Source: Malacoraja senta
Lineage: Eukaryota
Direction of reading: 5' to 3'
DNA length: 64,000 nucleotides
Assembly: GCA_038087875.1 (NCBI GenBank)
Contig: CM075993.1
Coordinates: 3,536,001 to 3,600,000 of the forward strand
The notes under the pieces were generated by a model. The model ran no database searches. It had not been told where the DNA came from and saw nothing but the letters and a program-made list of their open reading frames with translations. This document shows, piece after piece, positions 42,268 to 54,211 of the stretch. Numbering within the stretch: position 1 is the first letter of the stretch; each line of letters opens with the position of its first letter. The translations under genes and the position numbers were made by a program.

Positions 42268-43430
42268 GTGAGTGACCTTGACCGCTGTGGCCACGTTGAC
42301 GGGGAATGCATTTCTGTTTGGTTTTAAGGTCCATTGGATGAATGCAAGAAAGTAACTTCACATATATATGTGGAGTTTGCACATTGTCCCTCTGACCGCG
42401 TGGGTTTCCTTCCAAATCCCAAAGGCGTGCGGACTTGTAGTTCACTAGACATAAGAGTCATAGAGTGGAAACGGGCCCTTTGGCCCAACTTGTCCACACC
42501 AGCCAACATGTCCCAGCTACACTAGTCCCACCTGCCAGCATTTGGTCCATATCCCTCCAAACCTGTCCGATTCACGTACCTGTCGAACTGTTTCTTAAAT
42601 GTTGGAATAGTCCCTGCCACAACTACCTCCTCTGGCAGCTTGTTCCATGCATCCACCATCCTTTGTGTGAAAAAAGTTACCCCTCAGATTTATGTAAAAT
42701 CTTTTCCCCTTTACATTAGACCTATGTCCTCTGGTCCTCGATTCAAGAGTCCTCAGGTCCCTGGCGCTGTGAGGCTGCAGCTCTAACAGCTGCATCACCG
42801 TGCTGGCCTTTATTGAACAAAGTTCGACCCTGGGCTCAATATTGGACAAATTACCAAAAACTTGGGGCAAAAGGGATAGATTTTGAAGTTTTCTGGTCCT
42901 GGACTCTCCCACTAGTAGAAACATCCTCTCCACATGCCATGGAGGCCATTGTTGCGTAGAGGTAGAGCGACTGCCTTACAGCGCTAGCTGCGCTGGAGAC
43001 CCGGGTTCGATCCCGACCACGGGCGCTGTCTGTACGGAGTTTGTACGTTCTCCCCATGACCTGCGTGGGTTTTCGCCAAAATCTTCGGGTTCCTCCCACA
43101 CTCCAAAGACCTACAGGTATAGAAACATAGAAACATAGAAAACAGGTGCAGGAGGAGGCCGTTCGGCCCTTCGAGCCTACATCGCCATTCAAAATGATCA
43201 TGGGTGATCATGTAGGTTAATTGGCTTGGTAAATGTAAAAATGGTCCCCAGTGTGTGTAGGATAGTGTTAATGTGCGGGATCGCTGGTCGGTGCGGACTC
43301 GATGGGCCGAAGGGCCTGTTTCCGCGCTGTATCAACTAAACTAAAGGAAAAGAACATCCACTCTATCCAGGCCTTTCTCTGTTTTATTAGTGAAGGAAGG
43401 AAGCAGGTTGCTGAGGGGGTGATACGAAGA

Positions 43431-43887
43431 ATGAAGAAAGACTGGATAGACTTGGCTTATACTCGCTAGAATTTAGGAGATTGAGAGGGGATCTTATAAG
43501 AAACTTACAAATTCTTATGGGGTTAGACAGGCTAGATGCAGGAAGATTGTTCCCGATGTTGGGGAAGTCAGGATAAGGGGTCACAGCTTAAGGATAAGGG
43601 GGAAATCCTTTAAGACCGAGATGAGGAAAATCTTTTTCACACAGAGAGTGGTGAATCTCTGGAACTCTCTGCCACAGAGGTAGTTGAGGCCAGTTCATTG
43701 CTATATTTAAGAGGGAGTTACATGTGGCCCTTGTGGCTAAGGGGATCAGGGGGTATGGAGAGAAGGCAGGTACGGGATACTGAGTTGGATGATCAGCCAT
43801 GATCATATTGAATGGCGGTGCAGGCTCGAAGGGCCGAATGGCCTACTCCTGCACCTATTTTTCTATGTATCTATGTATCTATGTATA
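43431..43887 (+). mobile_element. CR1 3' end, same subfamily as the 33428 and 56878 copies
   Basis: Collinear with those copies except for several 1-bp indels; (CTATGTAT)n tail. Confidence 0.9.
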
Positions 43888-44696
43888 CCTGAGCCAATAT
43901 CTCAGGTGGATAACTTGCAGTTGGAAAGGCCAAATCTGAACTGGACAGAAAACAAACCTGTTGAAGTATTTCCAGAATGTTCCCGCCTTTGGTGTGGTTT
44001 TGGTACCATCTAGTGGCAGCGTTAAGGCTGGACTTTGACTAACAATTGAACAGTCAAGCCTTTATCCCAGGGTGGAACACTAGAGGGCATAGCTATAAAG
44101 TGAAAGTGGATGTGGAGAGGATATTTCCACTAGGCCAGAGGTCATAGCCTCAGAATGAAAGGGGCGCTCTTTTAGATAGGAGGTGAGGAGGAACTTCTTT
44201 ACACACAAGGTAACACTATCTAACACTATCTTAGGGACAATTTACAATTTTTACAGAAGTCAATTAGCCTACAAACATGTACGTCTTCGGAGAGTGGGAA
44301 GAAACCGGAGCACCCGGAGAAAACGCGCGCAGGCCACGGGGAGAACGTACAAACTCCATACAGGCAGCATCCACAGTTAGGATCGAACTCGTGTCTCTGG
44401 CGCTGTGAGGCAGCAAATCTATCGCTGGTACCACCATGCCGCCCACCCAGAGCTAGAGAGTGCGGAAGAGGCCCTTCAGCCCAACTTGTCCACGCTAACC
44501 AAGTTACCGAACTGGACTGGTCCCACTTGCCCGTGTCTGACCGATATCCCTAACCCATAGAATGTTGAATGTTGAAGATACCATGGAAATGGAACTGCCC
44601 CAATTGCCAATGTGAAAAATCTCGACTGAATTCAAGTCACATAGAGCTGCAAAGCAGTTTTAGATGTTCAAGAAGATGTTCAAGATGCTGGAAAAT

Positions 44697-44913
44697 TGCA
44701 GGTAGACAAAATTGCTGGAGGAACTCAGCGGGTGCGGCAGCATCTATGGAGCGAAGGAAATAGGCAACGTTTCGGCCCGAAACCCTTCCGGGTTTCGTCC
44801 CGAAACGTTGCCTATTTCCTTCAGGGTTTCGTCCCGAAACGTTGCCTTATTTCCTTCGCTCCATAGATGCTGCCGCACCCGCTGAGTTTCTCCAGCAATT
44901 TTGTCTACCTGCA
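44697..44913. repeat. Near-perfect inverted repeat of Penelope-derived units
   Basis: Arms of about 90 bp (tgcaggtagacaaaattgctgg...gtttcg and its reverse complement) with an internal tandem duplication of gggtttcgtcccgaaacgttgcct. Confidence 0.9.
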
Positions 44914-45037
44914 GTATTGATGTGATCACCACTGAAGCTGGTGGATGCTGATGTGATTTTTTTCCAAATTAATATTTGGAAAAGCAAGCGAAATGTTGTG
45001 ACACAAGTTGCAATATAATGTCGTCCATGTTTTCCAG

Positions 45038-45093
45038 ATGACCACGATGTCCTGTCATTCATCACCTTCAGCTTGACCGATCCGGGAACGCTG
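45038..45093 (+). CDS. LMAN1L: LMAN1L exon 7, end of lectin domain
   Basis: ttccag|AT GAC CAC...ACG CTG|gtgagt. Encodes (D)DHDVLSFITFSLTDPGTL. Confidence 0.92.
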
Positions 45094-45565
45094 GTGAGTC
45101 CAGGGACACGGGCTTTGGAAGCGAGCATTGTGCAAGTGATAGTCGAGCCACTAATTAATGTTACCAAGTTGATCTGTGCGAGAAGCTGGGGCAGGCTTGT
45201 GTGTAAGTAAGTAGATGGGAGGTAGTTCTATGGGAGTTTGAGTTGAGTTGAATACTTAATGTATAATTATTGAATGATACACTTTAGTGAAGGAAGGAAA
45301 GCAGGTTGCAGAGGGGGTGAAACCTGTCCAAGGTATGCGAATAGTCTCCATGTAAAGGGCGCCGACAAGTTACAAATTACCCCGCGCCTGCTTCTCCTTT
45401 GGTCTTTTCTCCCCCCCCTCACGGCAATTCCTCCACACTCCAGGTCCACCTTTGTTCTCTCTCCCCCCTCTCCCTCCCCTACGTCGTGTTCTCCTTTGTC
45501 CTCCCCTCCCACCCCCCCCCCTCCCCCACATAGCAGTCCCACCAGGCCAGGTCCCTCCTTTCTTC

Positions 45566-45857
45566 CCGGCAGCGTCAGGCTGAAGATGGCTCTGCCCGAG
45601 CCGGCTGCCTGCCCCTTTACCGGGATTACGTCCGCGCCGGGTGGTACCAGAGAGGGGTCTACGCGCTGTCCACGGGCGCCCTGGGGGATTTCCGGGACCG
45701 CTGGGGGTGGAATGTATCCTGACAAGGACGGGGAAATAGTTGTTTGAGGAAAATTAGTTTTACTTGGTGGGTTTTGTTCTGAATGATTTGGTATTGTGAA
45801 ATAGTATTTGTAAAATACTTGAATAAATCTATATATATTTTTTTTTAAACAACAAAA
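45566..45857 (+). mobile_element. Tx1-type LINE 3' end
   Basis: RQAEDGSARAGCLPLYRDYVRA...ALSTGALGDFRDRW...ECILxKDGEIVV* across frameshifts, then aataaa and an A-rich tail. Confidence 0.65.
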
Positions 45858-46322
45858 AGGTTCCATCGACTCAGACACCTCCCATTCCCGTTCCTGCCTT
45901 CCGATGGAGCGGAGAGCACTTCTCTGCTTTAGTTCCCTGGTTGACCTGACTAAATCGAATTATCGCTCGAGAGGATTCAAGGGCATAAGATACACACAGT
46001 GGGTGGTGAATCTGTGGAAATCTTTACCACAGAGGCTGTGGAGGTCAAGAATGGGTATTATAAAGGCAGAGATAGATAGATTCTTGATTAGTGCGGGTGT
46101 CAGGGGTTATGGGGAGAAGGCAGGAGAATGGGATTGGCGAGGGAGAGATAGATCAGCCATGATTGAATGGCGGAATAGACTTGATGGGCCAAATGGCCTA
46201 ATGCTGCTCCTATCACTTAAGCTGCCTGACCTGGTGGTTTATCCAGCACTTGTAAACCAGCGTCTACAGTTCCTTGCGTATCCTATTCTCTTCCTTCCCA
46301 ATACCTGTGCTCTCATGACCAG

Positions 46323-46451
46323 GACACCTCGATCCAAGGCCAGCAGGCGCAGGGGGAGGATGAATATCAGAAGGAATATGAACGTTTTGAGAAAGACTTG
46401 GAGAAGCGGAATACGAATTTCAGAAGCAACACCCTGAGCTGTCCACTCCAG
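46323..46451 (+). CDS. LMAN1L: LMAN1L exon 8, stalk, with an apparent 1-bp deletion
   Basis: accag|GAC ACC...CCA G|gtaggt. Reads DTSIQGQQAQGEDEYQKEYERFEKDLEKR, then YEFQKQHPELSTP only after restoring one base near 46410. Confidence 0.85.
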
Positions 46452-48077
46452 GTAGGTTTCTGGACATTGAAGGTCAGAGTATTCTATCATTGTCTTTGTC
46501 CACCTTGCTAGGTGTCTCCTACACCAGGCCAATTAACCGGCAAACCTGTAAGCCTTTGGAGTGAGGGAGAAACCGAAGATCTCAAGAAAACCCACCGCAG
46601 GTCACGGGAGAACGTACAAACCCCGCACAGACAAGGTGTCCTCTCGTGTTCGATTTCCTTATCTAGGGAGCAGACATTGTCAGTGGTCTTTAATAAAACC
46701 TACAGGTGGCACTGTGGCTTAACGGTAGAGTTGCGCCTGACGGCGCCAGAGACCCGGGTTCGATCCAGACTACGGGCGCTGTCTGACGGCGTTTGTACGT
46801 TCTCCCCGTGACCTGCGTGGGTTTTCTCCGAGATCTTCCATTTCCTCCCACACTCCAAAGACCTACAGGTTTGCAGATTAATTGGCTTTGGTGTACGTGT
46901 AAAATTGTCCCTAGTGTGTGTAGGATAGTGTTAGTGTGTGGGGATCACTGGTCGGTGTGGAAGGGCCTGTTTCGCGCTGAATCTCTAAATTGAAACGAAA
47001 CTATTGCTGTTCAAGACATTATTCTGTTTAGTTTTCCAAATACAGCGTGAAACAGGCCCTTCGGCCCACCGAGTCCATGCCAACCAATGATCACCCACAC
47101 TACTAACTCTATCCTACACCCTGGGGATAATTTACCGAAGCTAATTAACCTGAAAACCTGCACGTCTTTGGGATGTGAAGGAAACCAGAGCACCCAGAGG
47201 AACCCACGCGGTCACAGGGAAATGTACAAACTTTTGGACAGACAGCACCCGTAGTCTAGGATCGCACCAAGGAGGCAACTCTACTTGCTTTCGACTAACC
47301 CGGTTGGGATGGTGCGGCTGAGGTACACCCGGTGGGGTGGTGAGGTCCAGTTCCTGATCATCTTATGGGGGATGAGGGTTCTTCCAATTTCCGCAGGAAT
47401 TAGTGGTAATGCTCTTGTATTCAAGGGCTTTACACATGAGGAAGTGTTGAAGATCTCCATCAGGTCACCCTGTCTGGAAGAGAACTTTTTCTCCTTCTCT
47501 GGATCCTGCTTCCCTTGGGATAGATGGCAGAATTACCTTGCAAATTGCTTACAGTGAATTGAGATTTGGTGATCCATTTTGCAACCTATCTAATTGGAGT
47601 CCAGGCCTTTATCGGGGGGGAACGTGGTGACAAATATATTCTTTCTCTACACTGTGGACCTTCTCGCGCTCCTTGAGTCATAGAGTGAAATGGCGTGGAA
47701 ATAGGCCGTTCGGCCCAACGCCCACACTGGCCAACATGTCCCAGCTACACTAGTCCCACCTGCCTGCATTTGGTCCATATCTCTCCAAACCTGTCCTATC
47801 CATGTACCTGCCTAACAGTTTCTTAAACGTTGGGATAGTCCCAGCCTCAACTACCTCCTCTGGCAGCTTGTTCCATACACCCACCACCCTTTGTGCGAAA
47901 AAGTTACCCCTCAGACCCCTATTAGATCTTTTCCCCTTCCACCTCGTACCTATGTCCTCTGGTCCTCGATTCTCCTACTCTGGGCAAGAGATTCTGTGCA
48001 TCTACCCGATCTATTCCTCTCACGATTTTAGACACAAATTTATCTCCTGATTCCTCATTAACTCTTCATCTTTTTAG

Positions 48078-48278
48078 ATGAAGATGCGTTTGAGACAGAG
48101 AGCCAGCGGGAGTTGCAGATGGTACTCAGCGGGCAATCCATCGTTCGGGAAGAGCTGAGGAAGCTCCGTGAAAAGTTGGCGGACGCATTTGATGAGCACA
48201 AACGCCATTCGGAGCAGTTCAGCAAGTTGAGCAGGGACCAAACAAACCAGCACCACGATGAGAGAAGTGGAACATCAG
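48078..48278 (+). CDS. LMAN1L: LMAN1L exon 9, coiled-coil stalk; 3' end tentative (GC donor)
   Basis: tttag|AT GAA GAT GCG TTT GAG. Encodes EDAFETESQRELQMVLSGQSIVREELRKLREKLADAFDEHKRHSEQFSKLSRDQT...; the best donor before the gap is cag|gcaagt. Confidence 0.8.
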
Positions 48279-48298
48279 GCAAGTCCTCTTCTCTCAGC

Positions 48299-48498
48299 NN
48301 NNNNNNNNNNNNNNNNNNNNNNNNNNNNNNNNNNNNNNNNNNNNNNNNNNNNNNNNNNNNNNNNNNNNNNNNNNNNNNNNNNNNNNNNNNNNNNNNNNNN
48401 NNNNNNNNNNNNNNNNNNNNNNNNNNNNNNNNNNNNNNNNNNNNNNNNNNNNNNNNNNNNNNNNNNNNNNNNNNNNNNNNNNNNNNNNNNNNNNNNNN
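48299..48498. other. Assembly gap (200 N)
   Basis: Run of N within LMAN1L intron 9; the true gap size is unknown. Confidence 1.
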
Positions 48499-49044
48499 AT
48501 AGCGAAACGCTGTTTATAGCTCAGGCTGAAGTTCCCAATATAAAAGCTTGTAAATAATTCAAAAAAGCACTTAAGGAGTTTCAGAATAGTCTGGCTCTTA
48601 AGCAATAAGATGGTGAGAAATCAGCTGTAGAACCACGTCCCTCCCACTGAATCCTTACAAACCCTCTGGGTCACTTTCTAAACCGTCGCATTAATTATAA
48701 CTTCGAGGGCAAAAAAACATCTTATTGAGTCAGCCATTTGTTTCCGGTTCTTTAATACACTGGAGAATGGCTTTAAGTCTTTATTATGAGTCACCAACCT
48801 TGATTGCTTTGGTTCGTTACATTATTTAATACATGTGGCCATCCGTTGGTTACTCAGGAAATAATCCCGAGTACTGTATCTTTACAGGCCGAGCATTAAG
48901 AAGCTTTGTCTCGGAGATTACAAGATAGGTTTATAATTACGATTGGAGTAGACAAGCGCTACATAATCTGCTACTCTGGAGGTTGTGATTTTAATTAAAA
49001 TTGTGGTGAATTCTGGAAGAAAATTAATTGTAGCTCCCCTCATT

Positions 49045-49570
49045 GTTTTAGTTTTAGTTTAGCGATACAGGGCGACAACAGCCCCTTCGGCCCACCGAGT
49101 CCATGCCGACCAGCGATCCCCGCACATTAACACTATCCTACACACACACACACGGGACAATTTACATCTATAGACAATAGACAATAGGTGCAGGAGTAGG
49201 CCATTCGAGCCAGCACCGCCATTCAATGTGATCATGGCTGATCATCCCCAATCAGTACCCCGTTCCTGCCTTCTCCCCATATCCCCTGATTCCGCTATCT
49301 TTAAGAGCCCTATCTAGCTCTCTCTTGGAAGCATCCAGAGAACCTGCCTCCACCGCCCTCTGAGGCAGAGTTTAAGAAAGCCAATTAACCTACAAACCTG
49401 CACGTCTTTGGAGTGTGGGAGGAAACCGAAGATCTCGGAGAAAACCCACGCAGGTCACGGGGAGAACGTACAAACTCCGCACAGACAGCACCCGTAGTCG
49501 GGATCGAACCCGGGTCTCCGGCGCTGCATTCGCTGTAAGGCAGCAACTCTACCGCTGCGCCACCGCGCCG
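49045..49570 (-). mobile_element. HE1-type V-SINE split by a CR1 3' tail
   Basis: SINE tail at 49045-49168, CR1 tail at about 49170-49370, SINE head at 49379-49570. Confidence 0.85.
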
Positions 49571-50001
49571 CACTTCTAGAGCAAGAACCGTTGTTCACAA
49601 GACGTTTTGCATACATAGACACAATTCTGGATTAACTCAGGCAGCAGATAGACACAAAATGATGGAGTAATTCAGTGGGACAGGCTTAATCTCTGGAGAG
49701 AAGGAATGGGTGACGTATCGGGTCGAGACCCTTCTTCAGACGGAGAGATACAGACGGTGATGTAGAGCAAACAATAGCCTGTTTCCTTTATCATCATTAC
49801 TTTTTTGCATGTCTTTCATTTGTTCTCTATCTCTCTACATCGCCGTCTATATCTCTCGTTCCCCTTTCCCAGTCTGAAGAAGGGGGTCTAGACCCGAAAC
49901 GTCACCCATTCATCTTCTCCAGAAATGCTGCCTGTCCCACCGAGTTACTTCAGCAATTTGTGACTATCTTCGGTGTAAACCAGCATCTGCACTTCCTACA
50001 C

Positions 50002-50261
50002 CTGCCAGGTTGTCGTAGGTTGTCATAAGTGTTGTCGTAGGTTGTCCCCAGGTGTCGTGGGTGAATTCCATTAAAACTAGTAGGTGGGATTCGGCCCGAA
50101 ACGTTGCCTATTTCCTTCGCTCCATAGATGCTGCCGCACCCGCTGAGTTTCTCCAGCACTTTTGTCTATCTTCGATTTTCCAGCATCTGCAGTTCCTTCT
50201 TAAACCATTAAAACTAGTCCCTGGCAGTCGCCTAAAGAGTCGCCTAAGTGGGACAGGCCCT
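50002..50261. mobile_element. One end of a second Harbinger-type MITE, interrupted by a Penelope-derived piece
   Basis: Ends aagtgggacaggccct followed by TAA, the same TIR as at 35804; subterminal ggttgtcgta repeats; inserted piece flanked by the 14-bp duplication ccattaaaactagt (50068-50081, 50205-50218). Confidence 0.7.
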
Positions 50262-50315
50262 TAACGTGCCTCGGTTTTAACACCTATTTACTGAAAGGTG
50301 TCTTTGTTTTTATAG

Positions 50316-50389
50316 GATGTTGACTCTGAAAGATTGGCGATCGTGCTTAATGGGCAGAAGAAGACGGCTGAACAGATGCAAGACGTTGG
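50316..50389 (+). CDS. LMAN1L: LMAN1L exon 10
   Basis: tatag|GAT GTT...GTT GG|gtaaat. Encodes DVDSERLAIVLNGQKKTAEQMQDV(G); the phase 0-to-2 pattern and size fit the family's short stalk exon. Confidence 0.75.
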
Positions 50390-51569
50390 GTAAATATATC
50401 TCTTCTCTTGCCTCGGGCAGGGTTGGGTAGACTGGTCAATACCTATGGGAGAGCTGACAATCGGGAATGTGAGTTAAGGTATTCCGGACTCCCGAGGAGC
50501 AGGTTCTTAAAAATACCCGGAGTGTGGGATCTTTGGCGAAAATTCTGCCGATCGTGGGAACAAAATGGGTGAGTCAAGTATAAACCCAAAGGCTACAGTT
50601 ATGAAATTATGTTTATGACTTTTTATACATTTATTAGATTATTTTTTATTAGATTACATTTATTAGATTACTGCCACAGCACAGTTGTGTAAATAAGACG
50701 TTAGCACATTCTCATATGAAACAAATAACTACATTAAACAGACACAGAAAGCCGGAGTAACTCAGCGGGTCAGGCAGCATCTCTGGTGAGACGGAATGCG
50801 TGACTTTTCAGGTCGAAGCTTTTCAGGTCTGAAGAAGGGTCTCAACCCGAAACGACACCCATTCCTTCTCTCCGGAGATGCCGCCTGACCCGCTGAGTTA
50901 CTCCAGCTTTTCGTGTCTGTAAAGTTTAAACCAGCATCGTCAGTTCCTTCCTACACAAGGAGCTGCAGATGCTGGCTTAAACCGAAGACAGACACAAAAA
51001 ACTGCAGTAACTCAGCGGGTCAAGCAGCATCTCTGGAGAAAAGGAATCTATATCTCTCGTTTCCCTATCTGCTGACTCTCAGTCTGAAGAAGGGTCTTGA
51101 CCCAAAACATCACCTATTCCTTTTCCCCAGAGATGCTGCCTGACCCGCTGAGTTACTCCAGCTTTTTGTGTCTATCATCACTTCCACAGAGCGCTTGGTC
51201 ATCTTTGGGCTTCTGTGTCCGTACCTTGAAACATAGTGAGAAGCATGAGGTTACATTCCAGTGCACCTGATCTCCAGCACCACATTGGAGCCCAGTGGGG
51301 TAGGACTAATGTGCTGAGCCCTGGGACTGGATGCACTTCACATCTGGCCCCTCGGGTTTACATCAGCCAGCATTGCCTTAAGTACAGTGAACCCATTCAT
51401 TTGCATTAAATAGCTGGCCCCAAGTGGTAAGTTGAGGAAAGTGGTTTGTTTACTTTAGCTTCCAGCATCTAATTGTTTTGAAATTATTATTCGTAGTTTA
51501 TGATATTTTTAAATTACTTTTATTTGTTTATTTTTTCTATTTGAACTTTTGTAAATGTCTCAGACTCAG

Positions 51570-52126
51570 TTTTTTTTTAAATATTTAAATTTTATTGGAA
51601 GTACAGCACAGTAATGTGGCACCAAGGTGCCTAATATATATTGGCATGTTAACATTTTATGTACAGCTTCGTTTAAAAAAATAATAATAATAAAAGAGAG
51701 AAAGAGGGAATAGATAATAAAAAATAGAAAAATGTGAGATGTGCGTTGGTGTGTGAAAAGGAAAAGGGGGGAAAGAGGGAAAGTGTAAAAAAAAAGGAAA
51801 AAAAAGAAGAGAGAAAGAGAAAGAGTAGGAGATTGTAGGACATACTTATTTATATTCTTGACCATCCTTCACCCAGTCCTGAAACAGTTGGTTTTTACGA
51901 TTTCTTTGCACCATATGCTACCAAGAAGTCGATAAATGGAGACCAACTCGTTAAGAATTGGTCTGGTTTGTCTGTTCGGAGGAATCGCATTTCTTCAAGA
52001 TGTGCGGTGTCCAACATGTTTGAAATCCACATTGTAAGCGTTGGTATGGGTGTATTTTTCCAAAATTTAAGTATACGTTTTTTTTGCCGCTATTAACCCA
52101 TAATTAAAAAAAAGAATTTTGAAACT
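51570..52126 (-). mobile_element. L1-type LINE 3' end
   Basis: Minus-strand translation GLIAAKKRILKFWKNTPIPTLTMWISNMLDTAHLEEMRF...WSPFIDFL, followed by a T-rich UTR and poly(A). Confidence 0.8.
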
Positions 52127-52180
52127 CTCAGTTTTAGAAAGGATTAAAAGGCCTCTAGTTGTCAACAAGCCATCGGGGCT

Positions 52181-53050
52181 GTGTCGGAAGGAACTGCAGA
52201 TGCCGGTTTAAACCGAAGACAGACACAAAAAGCTGGAGTAACTCAGCGGGACAGGCAGCTTCTCTGGAGAGAAGGAATGGGTGACGTTTTGGGGTCGAGG
52301 CCCTTCTTCAGACTGAGAGTCGGGGGGAGAGGGAAACGAGAGATATTGAAGGCGATGTAGAACAAATGAAGGACAAATATGCAAAAAAGTGACGATGATA
52401 AAGGAAACAGGCCATTTTGTTAGCTGTGGGCGAGGTGAAAACCAGTTACAGACAATGAGACTGAACAAGATGGCTTTGAAGCTGGAACAACGACGGAGGG
52501 GGGAGGGATGGAGAGAGAGGGGGATGCAAGGGTTACTTAGAAACATAGAAACCTAGAAAATAGGTGCAGGAGGAGGCCATTCAGCCCTTCGAGCCAGCAC
52601 CGCCATTCATTGTGATCATAGATACATAGAAAATAGGTGCAGGAGTAGGCCATTCGGCCCTTCGAGCCTGCACCGCCATTCAATATGATCATGGCTGATC
52701 ATCCAACTCAGTATCCCGTACCTGCATGGCTGATCGTCCCCAATCAATAACCCGTGCCTGCCTTCTCCCCATATCCCTTGATTCCACTAGCCCCTAGAGC
52801 TCTATCTAACTCTCTCTTAAATCCATCCAGTGACCTGGCCTCCACTGCCCTCTGTGGCAGGGAATTCCACAAATTCACAACTCTCTGGGTGAAAACGTTT
52901 TTTTCTCACCTCAGCCTTAAATGGCCTCCCCTTTATTCTAAGACTGTGGCCCCTGGTTCTGGACTCTCCCAACGTTGGGAACATTTTCTCTCTAACTTGA
53001 AGTTAGAGAAATCAAAATTCATACTGCTGGCGTGTAAGCGGCCCAAGCGA
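52181..53050 (-). mobile_element. Penelope-like element 3' end (ORF C-terminus and pLTR), interrupted by CR1 insertions
   Basis: Joining 53049-52995 to 52534 on the minus strand gives RLGRLHASSMNFDFSNFK*, resembling the end of vertebrate Penelope GIY-YIG ORFs; a UTR with a degenerate hammerhead-like motif follows. CR1 occupies 52539-52994, flanked by actt. Confidence 0.75.
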
Positions 53051-54211
53051 CCATCAGTGCTATCAGGCGAGAGTGCTCTAGGTTTGCCCCAAGGCAGAGC
53101 AACCCAGCTGTGGAAGCCACAGCATTAAGTGTGTCCATAGAAAGGACAGATTAAGGTTGAATTGATGCAATAGCAATGAAATGCGAAGTTGGATTTAGTT
53201 TAGTTTATTATTGTCACGTGTACCAAGGTAGGGTCTCGACCCGAAAAGTCGCCTCTTCCTTTCCTCCAGAGATGCTGTCTGACCTGCTGAGTTACTCCAG
53301 CTTTGTGTGTCTGTCTGTCTGCAGTGAAAATGCTATCCAGTTGTCAAAAGGCAATAGAGTTTACTTTGGACTTTAGAGATACAGCGCGGAAACAGTCCCT
53401 TCGGCCCGCCGAGTCCGTGCCGACCCGCGATCACCCCGTACACTAGTTCCATCCTACACACTAGGCACACTTACTTAGCAGAAGCCAATGAACCTACAAA
53501 CCTGCACGCTGTTTGGTGGATACCGGAGAACCCACGCAGTCACAGAGAGAACGTGCAAACTCCGTACAGACAGTACCTGTGGTCAGGATCGAACTTGGGT
53601 CTCTGGCGCTGTGAGGCAGCAACTCTACCGCTGCGCTACTGTGCTGCCCCCTGCAGGACGGCAATAAATAATGAGGGTGTAAGTGTCTCGATACATTAAT
53701 TCAATACATGAATCCCAGTCAAGCCATCCACAATGTACAGATACAGGATAAAGGGATTAACATTTACTGCAAAGTAAAGTCCAGTAGATAGTAAAGATAG
53801 TCCGAAGGTCTCCAATGAGGTAGATGGTAGGTCAGGACCGCTCTCTCGTTGGTGAGGGGATGGTTCAGTTGCCTGTTTACAGCTGGGAAGAAACTGTCCC
53901 TGAATCTGGCGGTGTGCGTTTACACACTTCTGTACCTCTTGCCTGATGGAAGAGGGAGTGACCAGGGTGAGACTCGTCCTTGATTATGCTGCTGGCCTTG
54001 CCGAGGCAGCGTGAGGTGTAGATGGAGTCAATGGAGAGGAGGGTGGTTAGTGTGATTGCCTGGGCTATGTCCACAACCCATTGCAGTTTCTTGCGGTCTT
54101 GCATGGAGCTGCACCCGAACCGTGCTGTGATGTGATGCAGCCTGATAAAATGCTCTCTAGTTGGTGAGTGTTGTTGGGGACATGCCGAACTTCCTACGCC
54201 TTCTGAGGAAG

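Noticed and set aside
48113..48605. ORFs running through X residues
   Set aside because: Artefacts of the N gap; only the exon 9 portion is real.
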